Source: Camelus ferus (Eukaryota). Taken from it: a stretch of DNA of 64,000 bases. The stretch is taken from contig NC_045708.1 of NCBI RefSeq assembly GCF_009834535.1, positions 31,620,001-31,684,000 on the forward strand, written 5' to 3'. Below the pieces are notes generated by a model. The model saw only the letters and a list, made by a program, of their open reading frames with translations, was not told where the DNA came from and did no database searches. Below are positions 1 through 9,920 of this stretch, piece after piece (position 1 is the stretch's first letter; each line of letters starts with the position of its first letter). A program made the position numbers and the translations under genes.

Positions 1-103
1 GGGAATGGGTTTGAACTCCTGGCCTACTTCCAGCAGCCAAGTAGTCCTTCTCAGGTGGGTGAAAGTGGAGGTCGGGGCACCTCATTTCTTCCTGTGTCTT
101 CAG

Positions 104-184
104 GTGGTCGTGGTACTGCAGCAGGTCTTCCAGCTTATCCAGAAGGTGCTGAGCAAATGGCTGAATGATGCCCAGGTTGTGGAG
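104..184 (+). CDS. IPO13: IPO13 coding exon (81 nt)
   Basis: cttcag|GTGGTC...GTGGAG|gtaagc; VVVVLQQVFQLIQKVLSKWLNDAQVVE. Confidence 0.95.
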
Positions 185-3100
185 GTAAGCCTCGACCCTT
201 GCCCTCTGCCCCATGGTGACTGTGCTCAGAGGTGGAGCAGAAGGAAAGTGTTGCTGCCCCATCTCAGCTTGTGATGATCTGAAGGAAATAAAGGAGACGA
301 ATCCCATAGACACAAACAAACCTTTGGGGAAGACATTCAGAACTTCCTGGTTCCCAAGGATGGTGATGTTGGGGCCAAGTGACGGTCAGGGATTGATTTT
401 AGCATCACAGACCTGCCTCGGTTCTTTTCAATTCAAGAGTTTCTTGCTGTTGTTGCTCCCTGAGAGGAAGTGGTGGAGATGTAAGCAGCAAGATCTAAGT
501 TACAAAGTTCTATCCTCTGTCCCTCTGGGAAGTGCCTCTCAGCCTCCTCCTGTCCAGGGTGCGGGTCAGACGTGCTTCCCTTCCCTGGTTTGCAGAGCCA
601 GGTGAGACCTGTGGGTAAGGCCCCTTAGGCCTCTGCAGTGTGGGGCCTTGGTTCCGTTCCAGCCAGTGGTGACCCGCTGACCCTCTAGAGCCCCTTTGCT
701 TTCTTCCCAGGCGGTGTGCGCTATCTTCGAGAAGTCCGTTAAGACGCTGCTGGACGACTTTGCCCCCATGGTGCCACAGCTGTGTGAGATGCTGGGTCGG
801 ATGTACAGCACCATCCCGCAGGCCTCTGCTCTTGACCTCACTCGACAGGTGAGCCTTATGATTGGGGCAGCAGTGTTTGGGATGTGATCCTAGTCAGAGA
901 TCAGGCCAGGGATTGGGTAGGTGGGTGGAGTCAGGTGGATGGCTGCTCTGGCAGGGGTCCTCACCTGCATTCCAGGGATGCTGACCTGTCCTAATGGGCC
1001 AGGGCCTCAGCTGACCAGTATTCCNNNNNNNNNNNNNNNNNNNNNNNNNNNNNNNNNNNNNNNNNNNNNNNNNNNNNNNNNNNNNNNNNNNNNNNNNNNN
1101 NNNNNNNNNNNNNNNNNNNNNNNNNNNNNNNNNNNNNNNNNNNNNNNNNNNNNNNNNNNNNNNNNNNNNNNNNNNNNNNNNNNNNNNNNNNNNNNNNNNN
1201 NNNNAAAGCCGCCCACTCTGTTCTCCTCTCTCCCCCAAGTTGCACCTGGGACTTGATGGGAAACTAACGGGATCAAGCACAGCACAGTTGTCACCTTACA
1301 AATAGTTGACACCTTAGGTTGAAGTGGACAAGAGAGTGAATGCTGTCTTCTACTGGCCTGCTGGGGTCAGGGCCAGTTTGGATGTGGGGGAAGGTGGGGA
1401 TGGAAGCTCTGAGGGACTTGGGGCACCAAGGTGGCTCCATTTCCTTTGGGATACAATGAAAAGTGGGAAGAGCATGGGCTTTGAAGTCAGGTAGACCTAG
1501 ATTCTAAGCTCATCACCACCAACTAGTTGTGTGACCTTGGGCAAGTCACTTACTTTTTCAGAGCCTTTGTTTCCATATCTGTGAAATGGAGATTTCCTAT
1601 ACTTGATGGGATTGTGATAGATATTAAAGTAACGTCTTTTAGGCCCCTGGCTTGGGGTTATTTCACACAATGTACTCAGAAGTGCTGGTTCCTTTCCCTG
1701 CATTGAGACTTACTCCTTTTAAGGCCAAAAGCCTTTGGCTGTGGTCCCAGCCTCCGTTCACTGTGGCCCTCTGTCTGAGAGAGGTTGGGTGCAGGGGGCT
1801 CCAGGCTTCCCCTGCTGCCTCACCCAGGCTTCTCACTTGGAAGAGAAACTACATTGCTCTGTCAGCCTCATGAGTCTTGCCTAGATTTGTGGTCACAGGT
1901 TTGAGGCTCACCAGGGGTCACAGCTGGAGCTAGAGTGCTCTCTGCTTAAGTCCTCAGTGTCTGGTCCCATGATGCTGGCCTCTGATCCAATGGGCCATGG
2001 GGTAGGTTCAACGTGGCGGGGAAACCTGAGCCAGAAATGCAGGTGTGGTCATCTCAGCTCCACCTCTCCTTGTCCTAGTATCTGGGTCGGGTCAAGTTCT
2101 GATGGTCCCTCAGTCTGCCCACTTCTCCCTACCCTCCATGGCCACTGCTCCAGTGTAAGGTGTCAGCTGGATCACCTCAGCAGTCTTCTAACTGGTTTCC
2201 CTGACATCTGCTCTTCTCCTTTTCTGCACCCTGAGGCTGTACTGTTTTTTGTAAGACACATATCTGAGCATTTTCCCTCCCTGGCTTAAGGCCCTTGCAT
2301 TGTTCCCCATCGCCCTCGGGTTATCATCCCACTCCCACCCACACGATGGAGCTCTGGCACGCCTCTCAGCCTCCATCCCTGGCAGCATCCCCATGGCTCC
2401 AGCAGTTCAGCCACACCAACTTTCCCCTCTCCGTGTCCCATTTGATCCCTGTGCTGTGCTTCTCTGCCTGGATTACTCTGTGCCCTTTACTGGGTGAACT
2501 TTTACTTCTCCACACCTTTCCCATGCATCAGTCCTCAGAAGCTTCTGTGAGTCAGAACTGGGTGCTTCTGACCCCGTGCTGAAACTGCATCGTACATGCA
2601 CCGCTGATACAGCACCAGTCACACTCAGTAAGCTGCGTCCATGTCTGTCTCTCTCCCTAGACTAAGCCCCTCAAGGGCAGGCTTGGGTCTCTTCCCTCTG
2701 CGTCCCTCAGAACAAGACCAGCATAGAATAGGTATCAGATGCCTTTGAAGAAGGGAGAGTGAGGGCTCCTTGCCCTCAGAGCCTTTCTTCCTCGCTAGCA
2801 GAGTGGCTGCTGAACTTCCGACCTGCTGTCTGCAGTGGGGCCCAGGCATAGGGCACATTGGGCCTCACTTTCCAGGACTTGACTAACTTGGGGCACAGAT
2901 GTGAAAGGAATGGGCTTTATCAATGGCTCCTTACCGCCTGGGGAAGGAAGCAGGGGAGAGATTATTATCTGCTTGACAGTCGGGAAAACTGAGCGTTTGT
3001 GGCTTGCGCAAGATCACACAGCTCCTTAGTGGTGTCTCAGGCACAGGTTCCTGCAGCGCCTCCTCCTGAGAGTGGAGCAGCCAGGCAGGAGCTCCAGGCA

Positions 3101-6100
3101 CACACTTTGCCGCAGGACTCATCAGAACTGGAGGCAGAATAGTGTCCAACATCCTGTTTGTTGGGCTTGTTGGTTGTCTTGCAGGACATATGGCCCCCTT
3201 ATCTGTTATGCTGTCCTAGTCTTGCTGTCCCTTCCTCGGGATTTGCCTTCCCACCACACCATGGGGTGACACGCTGACTGGTTTCCTTCTTTCTTCGTGC
3301 ATCCAGATGGTGGAAGCTGGTCGTCATCCCTGAGCCTGGCTCTCCGCTGAGTCTGTGTCCATGCGGAGGGGTTTTGCTGGGTGGGGCTCTCATTTTTGGC
3401 CTCATGATGCAATTCCCTCCCCTAGGCCTTGCCAGTGGCTTGCCTGGCCATCCCCATAGCATACTGGGCACTGCCCTACCCAAGATTTAAGAGAACACAA
3501 GAGATTCCTTTCCTTGGCTAGACCAAGGGCCCTAACGCCATGGAAGTGAGGGGACACCTGCTCAGACCCTGATACCCTGGCCTTTCCAGGGCCTTCAGCC
3601 AGGCCTCCAAAGGAGGTACCAAGGATCGCCTCCCACCAGCCCTGCCCCCCCTCTTTGATGGCTAGTGATGGGGCAGTATGTGCTAGGAAGCAGTGTAGGG
3701 CCACCCCAGCGTGCCAGAGGCCATAGCAAGAGTGTGGGGGCTGTTTCTCCAGCCACATGGGGGCCACATTGCTCGGGCACCGCAGGATCACTTGGGGACT
3801 GACCTGAGGAGTGGGTAGTAGGCGGANNNNNNNNNNNNNNNNNNNNNNNNNNNNNNNNNNNNNNNNNNNNNNNNNNNNNNNNNNNNNNNNNNNNNNNNNN
3901 NNNNNNNNNNNNNNNNNNNNNNNNNNNNNNNNNNNNNNNNNNNNNNNNNNNNNNNNNNNNNNNNNNNNNNNNNNNNNNNNNNNNNNNNNNNNNNNNNNNN
4001 NNNNNNNNNNNNNNNNNNNNNNNNNNNNNNNNNNNNNNNNNNNNNNNNNNNNNNNNNNNNNNNNNNNNNNNNNNNNNNNNNNNNNNNNNNNNNNNNNNNN
4101 NNNNNNNNNNNNNNNNNNNNNNNNNNNNNNNNNNNNNNNNNNNNNNNNNNNNNNNNNNNNNNNNNNNNNNNNNNNNNNNNNNNNNNNNNNNNNNNNNNNN
4201 NNNNNNNNNNNNNNNNNNNNNNNNNNNNNNNNNNNNNNNNNNNNNNNNNNNNNNNNNNNNNNNNNNNNNNNNNNNNNNNNNNNNNNNNNNNNNNNNNNNN
4301 NNNGCTCAGTCTTCTGCAGAGACCAGGGAGAGGCTTATCCCAAGGGGAGGGAGCTGGGCTGGCCTGGGGGGTCGCCAAGGGAGGGAGTGGCAACTGTGCC
4401 CAGCAGCTCCTGTGCAGCTGGGGTGCCTGAGAAGTTCAAGGGCTGGAGCGGAATTGAAGGGCCTGGGGTTTATTGTCCCCGTGCTCCTGCCGGGAACTGC
4501 CTGCCTCAGTGTCCCCTGCCTGCTCCCCGAGGTAGGCTGGGAGGAGCTCCGAGGGAGGGGCTGAGCTGAATGTGCTGTGATGGAGCCAAGAGCTGGGCTG
4601 TTGGACGGGTTGTGCTGCTGCTGGGAGGTGGGGTGCTGGCTCCACTGTGAGACAGTGTTAGGTTGTGTTTATGTTTGGTGTGTGTGTTAAAGTGTGCTAG
4701 ACCTTAGTTGTATGTTTTGAGTTCAGTTTGGGAAGGGAGTGGATATCACATAGCTGCTCTAAGTAGCATGTGTATCGTGTTGGGTGTTGGGATAAATGTG
4801 TAGTTGGAGTGTGGCCCCGTGCATTGATGCATGTTGTATGTTGATGTGCATTAGGCTTTGATGGATTTTGAATGTTGATGTGTATTGGAGGCATGTCTGT
4901 AGTGGGCTGTGGGCTGTGGGAGTGCGTGTTATGAAGATCGTATATATTGCAGCAGTATGTCTGCATTAGGGGTTATATGTTTTGGAAGATATATGTATTG
5001 GGCTGTGGGAATGTGGGGTTAGTGTGATGGGGGTCCTGTGTGTTTGCGAGTTCCTATGACTTGGAGAGTCCTGTGGGTTGGGCAGAGGATGTATTTCTGT
5101 GCTTAATCATTCAAAAACAAAAATATTTTTTGACTGTGTAATATGTGGTTGGTAGTCTGCTGGGCGCTGAGGATATAATGCTGAGCAAAAACAGGCACAG
5201 CTCTTACTCTCTTGGAACTTATGGTCCAGTGGCGGGTGGGGCGCAGGAGGACAGGGGAATGGGGAGTGTGTTCTGGGTCTGGATAGACGTCAATGTGGGT
5301 ATCTGTGAGGGTGTATCTTTGGGGTGAGGGCGTTTGAGTGTGTATCTGTGAATGTGTGCGTTGGGAGAGTATGTGTGCTGGAGAACTGGGTAGCTTGAGG
5401 GTGTGGGTGTGTGGACATGCCTGGGGATGTGGGGGGGATTGGGATGTGAACATGTAGCGAGGGTGTGTTGCAAATGTATGAGAGTGGTGTGTATAAGGGG
5501 TGTGGTAGAGGTATGTTTGAGGGTAAGTAGGACATTTCAAATGAGGGTGCACGTGGGGCTGTTTGCACATGAATGAACTTGGGGGAGTGGAAGGTATGTG
5601 AGGGGCTGGCCGGTTAGGGGTTGATGTGGTATGTGTTGGGGGGCTGCTGGGGAACAGCAGTGCTTGATGACTGCGGGGGCTGTGCAGAGCATCTCCTGTG
5701 ACCTGACGATGTGCCAGTCATGTCCTGGTACCACTTGGGGTGGGCTCTCTGCCCTTGTACTCCCTCCGACATTGCAGCCCTGCTTCCTGGGCTGGGTATG
5801 GATGAGAGGGGCCTGGACACAGGGGATCCTGAGAGGTGGAGCCATGGCTCCCAGGCTCCTGCCCTGCTTTTCCTCTTTCTAAGCTGGAGAGTGCCTGAGG
5901 GGTGCGGGTGGGACATGGGAGGGGGGCTGTTCGACCTGGCTCCACATCCAACTGCCATCTCTTCTTCCTGCTGCCCTGTTAACTAATCCAGGGGCCTCAA
6001 AGGCCTTTGTGAATCAAAGTGAAATCACTGCTGGCAACCTGGAGCCTACAGGAGATCTAGCCCTGATGGAGGGTTGGGGGGAAGGTGTTTGCTCGGGGTT

Positions 6101-7471
6101 ACTTGGGACCCAAGCTTTCTGCATTATGACCCCCAGTCTCTCCCATGTATACCTGTGCCATGGTCATGTACACATACATGTATGTAGCATCCCTTGGCTG
6201 CTCCCCTCCTGATCTACTGAACTCTGGAGTGGTCTGGGTCCCCCAGAGATGGCTGGGTGGCTGATTTTGGCAGCCTCTACTTGTGGTATGTGAAGTTGGG
6301 GCCTGGGTGGCAGGTGAGTGGGGGGATGGNNNNNNNNNNNNNNNNNNNNNNNNNNNNNNNNNNNNNNNNNNNNNNNNNNNNNNNNNNNNNNNNNNNNNNN
6401 NNNNNNNNNNNNNNNNNNNNNNNNNNNNNNNNNNNNNNNNNNNNNNNNNNNNNNNNNNNNNGCAGGTGGGCCTGGAGCCCCCTCTAGAGGATCCTTGGGC
6501 CCCATCTGATCTGCTTCTGCCTTTCCCACAGCTGTGCTGGCCCTCAAGTTCCCCGAAGCACCTACTGTCAAGGCCTCCTGTGGCTTCTTTGTGAGTTCCA
6601 TGCTGACCCCTGACTCCCCACCACCCTTATACCCGGCCCACACTGGCCAGGATTCTAGAGGGTAGAGGTGTGGTGTGCAGGGTCTTGTCTCCAGGGAGAC
6701 GGGGGAAAGAGCTGGGGCTGACGAGCCTCTCCGTCCTCTGTAGACAGAGCTGCTGCCTCGGTGTGGGGAAGTAGAACCTGTGGGAAAGGTGGTACAGGAG
6801 GATGGCCGTATGCTGCTCATAGCAGTGCTGGAGGTGAGGTGGAGCAAGTGGGGCTTGATGTGGGGGGGAGGCCCTCACTGCTGAGGCAGCTGCCTTCCTG
6901 GGAAGCTTGAGCTTTTGGTTCCCTAAGCTCTCTGATTCTGTTGTTAAGTTGCTTTGAGGATCAGCTGGCTCTCAAAAAGCAGCACTCATCTGTCATGTGC
7001 ACTTTGACTGAGGAAATGTCCAAGGGTGGGTGGGCGTGGCTAGGCACCCTTGCTGCAGAAGGGGTGAGGCCCTAGTGTGCTGAGAACCCGTCTCCCTCAG
7101 GCCATTGGGGGCCAGGCCTCCCGCAGCCTCATGGACTGCTTTGCCGACATCCTGTTTGCTCTGAACAAACACTGCTTCAGCCTCCTGAGTGTGTGGATCA
7201 AGGAGGCGCTGCAGTCACCTGGTTTTCCCTCTGCCCGCCTCAGCCCTGAGCAGAAGGACACCTTCAGCCAACAGATCCTTCGGTAAGCATAGCTGGCGAG
7301 GCCTGGGCTCAGGTCTCGGGGGAGGAGGAGGCAGGGCTGGCTGGTGCTAACTTGCTCTCCCTTCTCTCCTTTAGGGAGCGAGTAAACAAGAGGCGGGTGA
7401 AGGAGATGGTGAAAGAGTTCACACTGCTGTGCCGGGGGCTACATGGCACAGATTACACAGCTGACTACTGA
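104..7471 (+). CDS. IPO13: Importin-13, 3' part of gene (5' exons lie before the window; three internal exons hidden in N-gaps)
   Basis: Visible exons join(104-184,711-848,...,6532-6590,6744-6833,7101-7282,7375-7471), all with AG/GT ends and compatible phases after the gaps. Peptides VVVVLQQVFQLIQKVLSKWLNDAQVVE / AVCAIFEKSVKTLLDDFAPMVPQLCEMLGRMYSTIPQASALDLTRQ / ...ERVNKRRVKEMVKEFTLLCRGLHGTDYTADY* match the importin-13 C-terminus as recalled. Confidence 0.96.
711..848 (+). CDS. IPO13: IPO13 coding exon (138 nt)
   Basis: ttcccag|GCGGTG...CGACAG|gtgagc; AVCAIFEKS...LDLTRQ. Confidence 0.95.
1025..1204. other. Assembly gap (180 N); probably hides an IPO13 exon
   Basis: N run; next expected IPO13 peptide (LVHIFAHE...) not found in readable sequence. 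Confidence 0.7.
1468..1690 (+). mobile_element. MIR SINE
   Basis: Core TGTGTGACCTTGGGCAAGTCACTT...TTTCCATATCTGTGAAATGG; approximate ends. Confidence 0.75.
2110..2630 (+). mobile_element. L2 LINE 3' fragment (degraded)
   Basis: Pyrimidine-rich L2-like blocks (CTGGATCACCTCAGCAGTCTTCTAACTGG; CTTAAGGCCCTTGCATTG); approximate. Confidence 0.5.
2960..3040 (-). mobile_element. MIR fragment
   Basis: GGAAAACTGAG...CAAGATCACACAGCT, reverse MIR core. Confidence 0.55.
3827..4303. other. Assembly gap (477 N); probably hides an IPO13 exon
   Basis: N run; expected GPRDHPDIVD... peptide not found in readable sequence. Confidence 0.65.
4640..5640 (+). repeat. G/T-rich low-complexity intronic tract
   Basis: About 1 kb of interrupted GTGT/GTAT/GGG runs, strongly depleted in C on the + strand. 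Confidence 0.65.
6330..6461. other. Assembly gap (132 N); probably hides an IPO13 exon
   Basis: N run 70 nt before the phase-1 acceptor at 6532; expected ALKRKPDL... peptide not found. Confidence 0.65.
6532..6590 (+). CDS. IPO13: IPO13 coding exon (59 nt)
   Basis: cccacag|CTGTGC...TTCTTT|gtgagt; (A)VLALKFPEAPTVKASCGFF. Confidence 0.95.
6744..6833 (+). CDS. IPO13: IPO13 coding exon (90 nt)
   Basis: ctgtag|ACAGAG...CTGGAG|gtgagg; TELLPRCGEVEPVGKVVQEDGRMLLIAVLE. Confidence 0.95.
7101..7282 (+). CDS. IPO13: IPO13 coding exon (182 nt)
   Basis: cctcag|GCCATT...CCTTCG|gtaagc; AIGGQASRSLMDCFADILFALNKHCFS...SQQILR. Confidence 0.95.
7375..7471 (+). CDS. IPO13: IPO13 last coding exon (97 nt to stop)
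   Basis: ctttag|GGAGCGA...TACTGA; ERVNKRRVKE...DYTADY*; TGA at 7469-7471. Confidence 0.95.
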
Positions 7472-7791
7472 GGGGCACCCTTGTCCCACCCACACCTCCT
7501 CCTCATCCTTCCCCATTCCCAAAGAGTAAACCTGAATCCTCACTGCACTGTTGTCAATGCTTCCTTTCCACTGCCACTGCCTCCTAACTGGGTGACCTCA
7601 GAAGACCTAGGGGAAGGATGGGAGGATGCTTGGACCCAGGGCTTGGTAGGGAGTGGTGGGGCCAACCTCTAGCTCCTAGGTGAAAGGGGCAGTGCTGTAT
7701 CCAAGCCATCTAGGCTTGAGCCATTCAGAATACTGCCATTGCCCTTGGGGTTGGTGGGGACTGCAGTAGTGTCAGCAGTTCCACCCCTCCC

Positions 7792-7797
7792 ATTAAA
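7792..7797 (+). terminator. Likely IPO13 poly(A) signal ATTAAA
   Basis: ATTAAA about 320 nt after the stop codon, followed by a T-rich stretch. Confidence 0.65.
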
Positions 7798-8799
7798 CTA
7801 GTCCTAATGTTCATGCACGCTTACATTTATTTAATCAACAATGGTGAGTATTAGGCCCCTAATTCTGCCTTGTCTTGTTCTGTCTGAACAAAGGCTGATC
7901 TAGTCCATAAGCTGGGAGAATGGGACCAGTGAGGAAAGGCTATGTGGAGGAGTTTCATTTCTGAAAGGAATAGGAGGTTTCCTAGATAGAGGACTTGGGG
8001 CCTTGGGCTGGAAGTGAGGTGGGGCTAGGTCCAGTTGTGGGGGAAGAATTGGAGAGTGGTTTTGAGTTCTAGGATGGGTTTCTTGTATGGAGTTATAAAG
8101 GCACCCAAATTGCACTTGGTTGAGGAGAGGTATAAAAAGGTGGGCTTAGCATGTGGAGGGGAGGAGGCATGTGGCCCCCAGAGGAAGAGGAAGACAGACC
8201 CTAGTGTTGTCTGCAAACCCATAGCTCCCCGCCTCTATGGTATCTGACCAGCACAAGATGGTCAGGCCTTGGTCAGGACCAAGGACAGCTCCTGGCCAGC
8301 TGCTGCTATCCTCTAGGAGGGTTCCCTCTTTCTGTCTCCTCAATCAGAGTTCCACCCTGACTGCCTCTCAGGCACCCCAGTCTTATCCTCAGTTAGGATC
8401 TCAAGAGCAAGACAGCGCTCATTCTCATTCCTGAGCCTTGAGTCTCCTTGGAGGTGATAGAACAGTTTATTCCCATGTTTGTCTCACTCTTTTTCCTGTT
8501 CTTTTCTCAGCCTCTGCACAAATTCTGTGCCCTCCATTCTTTATCCTCATTCAATCTCTTCCTACACCAGCCAGCATCAGTCCCCCTTTCATGTTATCCC
8601 CTGAGGTCACTGTCCCCTTTCCCCTACCCTTCCTCAGTCCCATTCTCACTTTACTCTTGATTTGTCACTTCTCCTAGGGTGTATGGAGATGTTTCACGTA
8701 CTTTTTGTCCTCTTCTCCCACGACATGGCACGCAGGTGTCTTTCTCCTCCCTGCCATGACCAAATGTAGCACACATAACCCGGGAGAATGAGGGGTCTA

Positions 8800-8980
8800 A
8801 ATAACAGCTTATGAACTCAGACCTGGGTTTGATACTGATGGTGCCAGTGACTTGCTGTGTCTTATTTGGCATTTAGCCTCTGAACCTCAGTTTCCTCATC
8901 TGTAAAATGGGACGATTCTTACTCCAAAGACTAAACTCTCAGAATGTAGTACCTGGTAAACAGTAAGTGCTCAGTGTTTG
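8800..8980 (+). mobile_element. MIR SINE
   Basis: CAGACCTGGGTTTGA...GCCTCTGAACCTCAGTTTCCTCATCTGTAAAATGGG...CAGTAAGTGCTCA. Confidence 0.75.
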
Positions 8981-9024
8981 CCTGATTGACATAGACTGCT
9001 GTGAGGGTAACAGCGAATTCCTTC

Positions 9025-9220
9025 TGTACATGTGCTACGCAGAGGACTACTTTATAAAGTTTTATATCTAAATTAATTTGACCCAGCAATCCTATTAAGA
9101 GTACTGTTGTTACAACCCCCGTTCTGCAGATGGGGAAACAGCCTTAAAGACATTAACTTTGTTAAGAGTCTCAGTAAATGGCAGAGCCCAATATTCGAAC
9201 GAAGGCAGTTTGGCACCTGA
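9025..9220 (-). mobile_element. MIR SINE
   Basis: CCCCGTTCTGCAGATGGGGAAACAG...AGTAAATGGCAGAGCC...ATTCGAAC, reverse MIR. Confidence 0.65.
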
Positions 9221-9379
9221 ATTAAAAATTATGCAACGCCATCTCCCAGATGTTAGAGTGCACAGGAAGTGCTTAACAGTGTAGGTAAATAGGAACTGCT
9301 CAAACTGGTAGTTATTTTCAGGGAGTCGGTGTTTCTGAGGGCCCGGGGAGCTGACCCCGAAGACCAGAATCTGGAGAGG

Positions 9380-9920
9380 CTAGCCAGGAGAACTACAACA
9401 CCCATGAGGCTCCGCGCCTTCCTCTGAGGCACTTCCGGTTGGCTTGGGGCTCTGAGGCAGGCCATTGGTTCTCTGTGGGCGGCTTGGCGAGGATTGGAGG
9501 GCGGGAGCCCTGCCGTTTAAGATTGGTAAAATTGCCATCCGCCCCGCCTCAAACGCCCGGAAGTAATCTCCCTTGAGACCCATGCGTAGCTGAGAAACGG
9601 GAATTTGAAAGGGTTGGGGGCTGGACCAAGGGCTGCGGAGTGAATGACCCCCAGCCCCCTGCCCCTACCAAACGACTCTGACCCCTTGAGGACTGCGTTT
9701 GAGGACGCGGGGCCTGAAGCTGACCGAGGGAGATCCCCGCTGCTTCCCGCCACCGAAGCTGTGCCTCATGGTATCTACGTTCAGTAGCCCCGCCGAGGCG
9801 GCGCTGCAGCGAGAGGCGGGCGCAGCAGGGCTGCTCACTCCTCTCGATGACCTGGATCGAGTGTACGAGCTGGAGCGAGTCGTTGGATTTGTCCGCAACC
9901 TGGGGTGTCGAAGGGTGAGG
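9380..9920 (+). promoter_or_regulatory. DPH2 CpG-rich promoter with ZNF143/THAP11-type ACTACA motif, two ETS sites and CCAAT boxes
   Basis: AACTACAACACCCATGAGGC 9391-9410; CACTTCCGG 9430-9438; CCGGAAGT 9557-9564; ATTGG near 9464, 9493 and 9522; dense CpG. Confidence 0.75.
9768..9914 (+). CDS. DPH2: DPH2 exon 1 CDS (147 nt)
   Basis: ATG 9768; donor CGAAGG|gtgagg. Confidence 0.95.

Noticed and set aside
3405-3413. TGATGCAAT AARE core in an IPO13 intron
   Set aside because: Isolated 9-mer within chance expectation, and no known link between IPO13 and ATF4 that I can cite
3788-4569. 200-250-aa ORFs spanning gaps (also at 894-1312, 28225-28884, 45936-47043, 55305-55926)
   Set aside because: Length comes from X codons in N runs
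5103-5570. His/Thr/Pro-rich ORFs on the minus strand
   Set aside because: Translation of the G/T-rich low-complexity tract
8800-9220. Oppositely oriented MIR pairs (also 53400-53800) as possible hairpin or miRNA sources
   Set aside because: Copies are too diverged to see extended pairing by eye; such pairs are common by chance
9644-9787. Idea that diphthamide-dependent -1 frameshifting from the uORF autoregulates DPH2
   Set aside because: Frame arithmetic needs a +1 shift, and no slippery site or downstream structure is evident
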